DNA of 64,000 bases, taken from NCBI GenBank assembly GCA_963778115.1, contig CAVZSV010000001.1:1-64000 (forward strand), given 5' to 3'. Below, piece after piece: positions 58,169 through 64,000 of this stretch. This DNA comes from an uncultured delta proteobacterium. Lineage in GTDB: Bacteria; Bdellovibrionota; FAC87; UBA2466. The first letter of the stretch is position 1, and every line of letters begins with the position of its first letter. The notes beneath the pieces are model-generated. The model did not search any database. It was not told the origin of the DNA and worked only from the letters and a program-made list of their open reading frames with translations. Made by a program: the position numbers and the translations under genes.

Positions 58169-59360
58169 TGGATCGCTGTTTCTCCCGCAAACGCTACCGA
58201 TGCCACACCGGCAAGCACCAACTCACAAATCGCAAATGCTCCTAAAGCGAAAGTCAGCCCCCAAGCCAAGAGAAGTTGAAATACTAAAGCCCCTAAACCA
58301 AAACCGGTAAAAAGAAGAAAGGCGTTCATTCCCATCGCAAGGCCCCGACGTAAAGAAAGGGTGGAGACAATTCCCACTAGCAGGGGATGGGTCATATCGA
58401 ATCCGAAAGAGAGGATCGTTACCGCAACTCCGGCTACTAATAGCGGTAAGTTAAGGATTAGCGAAAAAGCGCAAAGTGCTCCTAGAAATAGCCCCCCCGG
58501 AATCAGCCTGTGTCTTCCTCGTCTATCAGCGATACTACCCACGAAGGGCCCTAGTAACATTCCCGGAAGTCCGTAACCCAAAAGCGCCATCCCTACTCCA
58601 AAATCTCCTAAGTGATACCGCTGAATAAAATAAAGTCCCAACCAGGCAAAAATTCCAGAATGAAACATACCGTTAAAGAAAATAAAAAAGTAAGTCCGGA
58701 ATCCGCGTCTGTTTCGCAACAAAGCAAGGTAGCCCCCAAAAGTTGCCCGAATTCCCTGAACTTCTGAGGTGTTTTTTGTGTCAAAAAGATCCCGGTAGCG
58801 GTAGGCGAAACAGAGGATAACAATATTAGCCAGTCCGACGGCGACAAACTCCCACCTCCAACCTATGAAGGGGTTCAACGCCGCTCCAAAGGTAGAACCG
58901 AAAGCAACTCCGCCGGCAATAGCGCCAAAGATCCACCCATGGCCTTGCCGCGCTCCTTATAAGAAAATAGGTCTCCTACCAGAGCCAGAGCGATGGGAAT
59001 GACGCCTCCGGCGCATAGTCCAGAGGCCACCCTTAAAAAAATTAGCTGTTCGGCCGAACGGGCACAGGCAGTAAGAAAGGTGGCCAATACCGTTAGCCCC
59101 AAGAGGGACAGGATGACCTTCTTGCGCCCTATGCGATCCGAAAGCGGGCCATAAAAGAGGGTCGAAAATCCATAGGGGATTAAATAAGCCGGAACCACAA
59201 GACCAACGAGGTTCTGACTCGCATGCAACTCTACGGCTAATGAAGGAACTAAAGGGGCCACTAGATAAGAACTAAAAAAGATGAGAAACGAAGCTCCCGA
59301 AAGAACCTTAAGGACCGACTCCGGACTAGACGAATCCATCTCTTTCGTTTGCGTAGTCAT
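58165..59360 (-). CDS. MFS transporter, frameshifted at 58936-58938
   Basis: GPLSDRIGRK and GSIADRRGR motifs. One added G gives MGWIFGAIAGGVAFGSTFG and joins the two ORFs. Confidence 0.85.
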
Positions 59361-59484
59361 TTGCCTAATCTATCAGTCATTAATCCCTAAGGATAAAGCA
59401 TTAACGATAAAATATTTGGCTATCCAGATATTTTAGGATTAAGGATTGATGACTGAGAATTAATCATTAATAGTGGACACGCTT

Positions 59485-60525
59485 ATGCGCTTTTTAGTTT
59501 GGTTAAGAATCATTGCCGCCTTTCTACTTTTCAAGACATCTCTTGCTTGGGGCTGGGGAAGTTTGGGCCACCAAACCGTCGGAGAGATTGCAGAGCGTCA
59601 CCTGACCGATAAAGGTAAGGCTTTGGTGTTCCAGATACTAGGAACCGAACCTCTCGCCATGGCCGGAATTTTTGCCGATTACGTGCGCCCGGATAAGTAC
59701 TTCGACTTCATGGCGCCCTATCACTACTTGCAAGTTCCTATAGGGAAGTCCGCTAAAGCTGCCATCGAAGCCGACTGGAACAAAGAGACCGCAGATGCTT
59801 TTGTGCGAAATCCCAATTTTCTTACCGATAGAAAAATGAACCGAGACGCTAAGATGGTCTTCTTACGTTACTTGGTCCATATCGTGGGAGACGTCCATCA
59901 ACCGCTCCACGTAGGAAACGGGATCGATTTTTTGGCCGTCTATTGCTGGGTGAAATGGACGAATCCAGAGAACCACCTTGTCACCGAGGAAACGCTTCAT
60001 CATGTATGGGACGATCTCATCCCTGATTACTACTGCTTTGATTACTACAAGTCTCATCCCGATGAAAAAGCCCACTGGGGGTGCAATTATCGTGTCTTTG
60101 CCGATACCATTCTCTCGGAGTTTAATGCCCTAGCCGTTCCCCAGAGAGAATCCATTGTCCAAGCGAGTTCTTTTGACAGACTGAAATGGTACGAAGAAGA
60201 CCAAGCGCTTTTTCCCCTAGTCTATCCTGACAAAGAGGCTTCTCAATCTCCTGAAACACGTCCCTACTGCAAACGAAAAGAGGCAGATGGCAAGATTACC
60301 AATGCCGCCTATGACGAATCCAAACTTCCTTTGCTGGACGAAAAGTACGTGAAACGCTCCGTTGAAATCGCCAAGAGTCAGATCCTAAAGGCCGGCTTAC
60401 GACTCGCCTGGATCATAAATAAAGCGGCGGAAGCGGGTCGAGTAAGGCCACTAAGGAAAGATGAGAAACAGAAAGTGATGGATAGGTTACATCTAGAGAA
60501 ATATAGTTTGCTTCCATCTCAGTGA
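59485..60525 (+). CDS. Secreted S1/P1 nuclease
   Basis: Signal peptide then WGSLGH, ADYVR, HY, HIVGDVHQPLH and LHHVWD. Confidence 0.93.
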   Translation: MRFLVWLRIIAAFLLFKTSLAWGWGSLGHQTVGEIAERHLTDKGKALVFQILGTEPLAMAGIFADYVRPDKYFDFMAPYHYLQVPIGKSAKAAIEADWNKETADAFVRNPNFLTDRKMNRDAKMVFLRYLVHIVGDVHQPLHVGNGIDFLAVYCWVKWTNPENHLVTEETLHHVWDDLIPDYYCFDYYKSHPDEKAHWGCNYRVFADTILSEFNALAVPQRESIVQASSFDRLKWYEEDQALFPLVYPDKEASQSPETRPYCKRKEADGKITNAAYDESKLPLLDEKYVKRSVEIAKSQILKAGLRLAWIINKAAEAGRVRPLRKDEKQKVMDRLHLEKYSLLPSQ

Positions 60526-60528
60526 GTC

Positions 60529-61465
60529 ATGTCAATCTTTAGCCCCCTCAAATCGCGAAGCATCTCTTATCTCTGGACGGGACAAGTTTTCTCGGCCATT
60601 GGCGACGAGATCTACACGGTCGCCCTAGTTTGGTTTTCCGCGGATTTAATCGGCAACGACACGGGCTATATTATGGCCGTTCAAGCGACTTCTATCTTGG
60701 CATTTAGCCTGCTCGGTGGAATCTGGGCGGATCGCTGGGACCAGCGTAAGACCATGGTCGTAGTAGATGTCATTCGTGGACTTTCTCTGCTCGCCGCTCC
60801 TATCGCCGTTTTCTTCGGTTTCTTTTCCCTGTGGATTCTCGTCTTCATTACTATCGTAGTTTCAAGTCTAAAGGCTTTTTTTCCCCGCCCTTCGAGCTTG
60901 CATTCCGCGTTTAGCCAATGATCAGAAAACCCTATATTCCACGAACGCTCTGATGGAAACCACCTCTCGATTCGCCAAGATTATCGGACCCGGCATCATG
61001 GCGCTCCTTAATCAGATCGTTCCGATGATTCATTATTTTACCGTCAATGCGGTAAGTTTTTTCATATCAGCTCTCTCTTTACAAAGTTTAAAAACGGAAC
61101 TTCCCTACGAGCCAGGTCCTGTAATTCCCGGAGGATGGAAGAACGTAAAAAGTGGTTTGACCGATGGTTTCGCTCTTTCACAATCCAATTCTTTGATCCA
61201 TTTTGTAATTTGGACTGACGCCGCGGTAAACGCCGGGTGGTTCTTTATTTTTCCGTTGGCCGTAGGGCTACTTCTACACGAGAGAATGCCTGATAATATT
61301 TCTGCTCTAAGCTTTCTCGTTTCCGCCTTTGGCTTTGGAAATGTCGCGGCGAATGTGGTACTGGCGCATCTTTCGATAAAAGCGTTTCGATCGTTGTCTA
61401 TTTTTTGGCAGAATGATCGTCGGAATCGGTTTCCTTTTGATGGCGTTTTCACCTTCATTACCGCG
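60529..61465 (+). pseudogene. MFS transporter (H+ antiporter-like), frameshifted and 3'-truncated
   Basis: LWTGQVFSAIGD and GGIWADRWD motifs. Frameshifts at ~60880 and ~61380, and MFS-like sequence ends at ~61462. Confidence 0.7.
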
Positions 61466-61806
61466 GTCATGGATCTTTCCCATGGTTCATCGTGAGGAGG
61501 CCTATGAAATCGCACCCCTTTGGCTTTCAATTCCTTGTAGAGTCCATCTAAATCGTACGTACTAAATTCGATATGAATGCCGCGCTTTTGTTTGGCCGTG
61601 GATTTGGCAACACCTTCCTTTTTAGCGACGGTAACAGAGAGCAGTCCAATGGTTCCGCCATTGGGTCCGCCAATGCGAATCATCGCGAATGCAGGTGCTG
61701 CGTTCCATTCCAACTGGCATCCTAATTTCTTGCAGTAGAAATCCCGAGAGCGTTTTACGTTCTGAACCGTTAGAGAAAGACCTTCCATGCGGAATTTGTG
61801 TTTCAC
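61460..61806 (-). pseudogene. VOC/glyoxalase protein lacking its C-terminal DPDG strand
   Basis: SRDFY, HIEF..DLD.LY.EL..KGV and PHDEPWERSMTA, after which it runs into antisense MFS sequence. Confidence 0.65.
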
Positions 61807-62258
61807 TCTTCGTTCTCTTTCCGTTTTGCCACAGGTTTTGTACGCGAACGCATTAGGTAAGCGACAGACAGACCGATAATGAGGAAACCCCCTCCCATGG
61901 CGATGAGGAAGTAGGTCAAAAAGTGTCCTTCAGCATCTTCTTTCACTTCGGCAGATCCCGTGGCGAAAACGTACAAGACGGCCTCTTCGTCGCCAACCTC
62001 GTGGTGGGGAGTGCCGTAACCAAAATGGGACTGTCGGGTGAGAGTACGCCCCTCGGGAGTCGTGAACTGAAACACGGGCATCAAAGTGGATTTTCCCGTC
62101 GTGAAGCCGATGATCTTTCCTCTGACTTCGGTGGCATTTTTAAGAAAGTCTCGACGAGATTTTTCGGCGTAGAAGCTGCCGCTAAGCATACAGATTCCGA
62201 TGATGGGAAAGATCCAAACCAACTGCGAACTCAAGGGCATCTGATGGACCATTCGCAT
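61803..62258 (-). CDS. DUF3592-like membrane protein
   Basis: TM segment, G.I......PVFQFTTPEG, VGD...VLY and a second TM segment. Confidence 0.75.
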   Translation of the reverse strand: MRMVHQMPLSSQLVWIFPIIGICMLSGSFYAEKSRRDFLKNATEVRGKIIGFTTGKSTLMPVFQFTTPEGRTLTRQSHFGYGTPHHEVGDEEAVLYVFATGSAEVKEDAEGHFLTYFLIAMGGGFLIIGLSVAYLMRSRTKPVAKRKENEE

Positions 62259-62264
62259 CGCCGA

Positions 62265-64000
62265 TTAACCATTCCTAAAATATTCGTAAATCATGACCAT
62301 GGCCAGCGTATCCAATTCACAGTAACGAAGCAGTGCGTCTTCGATCGTTTTTTTCTCTTCTTCGGTCATCTCCATGAATTGCATTTTGGCGTAAGCCATC
62401 ATGGCGGCTCCGCCTTCACGTAACTCATCATCCTTTACAAAGCGCTCGGCATAGGCAACGAAGGCCGCCAGATCGGTATCTCCGAAAACTTTGGGCAGCG
62501 AAGCATAGGGGTCTTCAATTAGCCCCATCTTTCCCTCTTTCATCCAAACCCGATTTTCAAAATTTAAGCTTTTAATCTGGCCGTTCTTTCCATAGATAGG
62601 CTTTCCGTATTTTTCTTTGAGAGTCTTTGAACTGTTCAGAGCGGCCGGAAGAACCACCTTAATGGAGTTCGAACCGCCCATTAACGGATGGATATAATAT
62701 TTTTTGACGAGATCGAGCATATCGACCATGTCCCTATTGCCTTTCCAGCCTGGCTTCTTGCCATTGGAGGAATGAGTGATGGTCTCTATCCACCCGCAAA
62801 GTTCTTCACGATCGATCTCATTAGAAGCTTTAAGCTGAGTATGAATCTGGTTTAGGACCGTGTTTTCATGGGTGGCATATCGCAAAATCGTACCGTTATC
62901 GCCTTCGAGCTCCTTTTTTAGGGCTCGAACAAATTCGAAATTGGGAAACTTCCCCTTTTCTCGGCTTAGCCATTGTCCCTTGTGCTCCACCGTTTGATTT
63001 TCTAAGACCGTGTGATGCGAAAACTGAAAAGCAATTTGCTCATAAGGATGGAGCCCCTGATTGAAGGGCACTGCGACCATGCAGGTTTCAAAGTCGATGA
63101 AATGGAGGGGATAGACCCACTCATTCATTATCGCTTTGATCCCCTCTTTATCAATATAGGGTTGTCGTTCTTTGTTCTTATAAAGCTCAATTTGCTTAAG
63201 TTGGCGTTGCAAGCGAGTCAACCCCGGCTCGTCGGTCGGCGCACTCTTGACGGGAGCAATATCGTCCTCGGTGAGCTGATCTAGGAAGTAGATCTTCTGT
63301 TCCATTAGCGCATCACTTTTTTTGTTGTCCCAAAGTTCAAAGACGCGCGCTCGATTAACTTCAGAGTCTTTTAGTTTGAGGCTCTCTTTCCAACACTCGT
63401 CGAATCCGCTCTTAAGGCCCGGATATTCTTCTTTGACGATTCGAAATTCACATTTCTTGCATTCGCTAGAGAGCGGAGGAGATATTTTTTGCCCTACCAC
63501 TTGCGATGCGGCCAGAAAATTGACCCATTCGCCGAATTTTTTTCCTCCGCGTATTTCGGAGCTCTCCTCACGATCGCTTCCTTCGATAACCGCTTTTACT
63601 TCGTCGCGAACATCAACCGCGACCAGAATCTTTTCGCCCAATTGACCCAGCGCTAAAGTGGGGTCAATCTTAACGTAATGTCCCCCGTCCTTTTTCTGGT
63701 GCAGGACAAACTTTTGGTTAAGGCCGTCTACAGTCGCTGTAACGTCTTTGTTCGCTAAATAAAGATAGGGAATAACGTGAAGGTCGGGGAAAGCGCTCGA
63801 CACGACGTACCATTGATACGCAACGTCATACACGTACTCCAAGCCATTGGCGAGAAGAGCACTTTTATCCTTATTCCAGAAAGTGTCCTTACTAGGAGAC
63901 CAACTCTTTGATTTCACCTCATAGAGATGAAGGGTCCCCTTGTCCTTGACCACGATATCCGCCCTAATGAAAAGATTTTCAAAGGCGAAAGCACCCTCAT
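62265..64000 (-). CDS. DUF2779-domain protein (PD-(D/E)xK-like N-part and RNase H-like C-part), 5'-partial
   Basis: RADIV..YEVKS, FIDFET..PYEQIAFQFSHH, GSNSIK.VLP and YCELDTLAMV. The frame is open to the window edge. Confidence 0.85.
   Translation of the reverse strand, partial: EGAFAFENLFIRADIVVKDKGTLHLYEVKSKSWSPSKDTFWNKDKSALLANGLEYVYDVAYQWYVVSSAFPDLHVIPYLYLANKDVTATVDGLNQKFVLHQKKDGGHYVKIDPTLALGQLGEKILVAVDVRDEVKAVIEGSDREESSEIRGGKKFGEWVNFLAASQVVGQKISPPLSSECKKCEFRIVKEEYPGLKSGFDECWKESLKLKDSEVNRARVFELWDNKKSDALMEQKIYFLDQLTEDDIAPVKSAPTDEPGLTRLQRQLKQIELYKNKERQPYIDKEGIKAIMNEWVYPLHFIDFETCMVAVPFNQGLHPYEQIAFQFSHHTVLENQTVEHKGQWLSREKGKFPNFEFVRALKKELEGDNGTILRYATHENTVLNQIHTQLKASNEIDREELCGWIETITHSSNGKKPGWKGNRDMVDMLDLVKKYYIHPLMGGSNSIKVVLPAALNSSKTLKEKYGKPIYGKNGQIKSLNFENRVWMKEGKMGLIEDPYASLPKVFGDTDLAAFVAYAERFVKDDELREGGAAMMAYAKMQFMEMTEEEKKTIEDALLRYCELDTLAMVMIYEYFRNG

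Noticed and set aside
61105..61460. C-terminal extension of the 233-aa VOC ORF as a novel domain
   Set aside because: It is antisense MFS sequence read through after the junction.
1..64000. CRISPR array, rRNA or tRNA genes
   Set aside because: No regularly spaced repeats or recognisable structural RNA genes were seen, and intergenic gaps are short. A covariance-model search was not possible.
62265..64000. DUF2779 protein as a Cas4 or CRISPR component
   Set aside because: It has a nuclease-like motif and Cys residues, but no cas genes or array are in view and the gene is cut by the window edge.

Overview
A gene-dense, roughly 50% GC bacterial chromosomal segment. It is probably from a Bdellovibrionota-like organism, inferred from a Bd0055-type histone and divergent pilin-like genes. 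It holds mostly accessory genes: a TetR-TolC-HlyD-ABC-2 exporter operon, two rRNA methyltransferases, several GNAT, VOC, MFS and EamA genes, an ATP-grasp/EamA locus, a long-form Lhr helicase and a three-gene minor-pilin cluster. One intact IS4-family (IS50/Tn5-like) element has 19-bp ends and a 9-bp target duplication. I saw no rRNA, tRNA or CRISPR array. The best candidate for an undescribed system is a DNA end-repair locus at 49851-54243. Its LigD keeps intact phosphoesterase and polymerase domains, but the ligase domain has lost its catalytic motifs and OB domain. It is followed by an unknown, possibly Gam-like protein, a stand-alone OB-less ligase nucleotidyltransferase with a KIHG motif, and a DUF72 gene. 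No Ku is present in the window. A bacterial histone gene lies 2.5 kb downstream. Several single-base frameshifts fall mostly in homopolymers and may be sequencing errors, and three apparent deletion scars are visible. All family assignments come from motifs recognised by eye, not from database searches.
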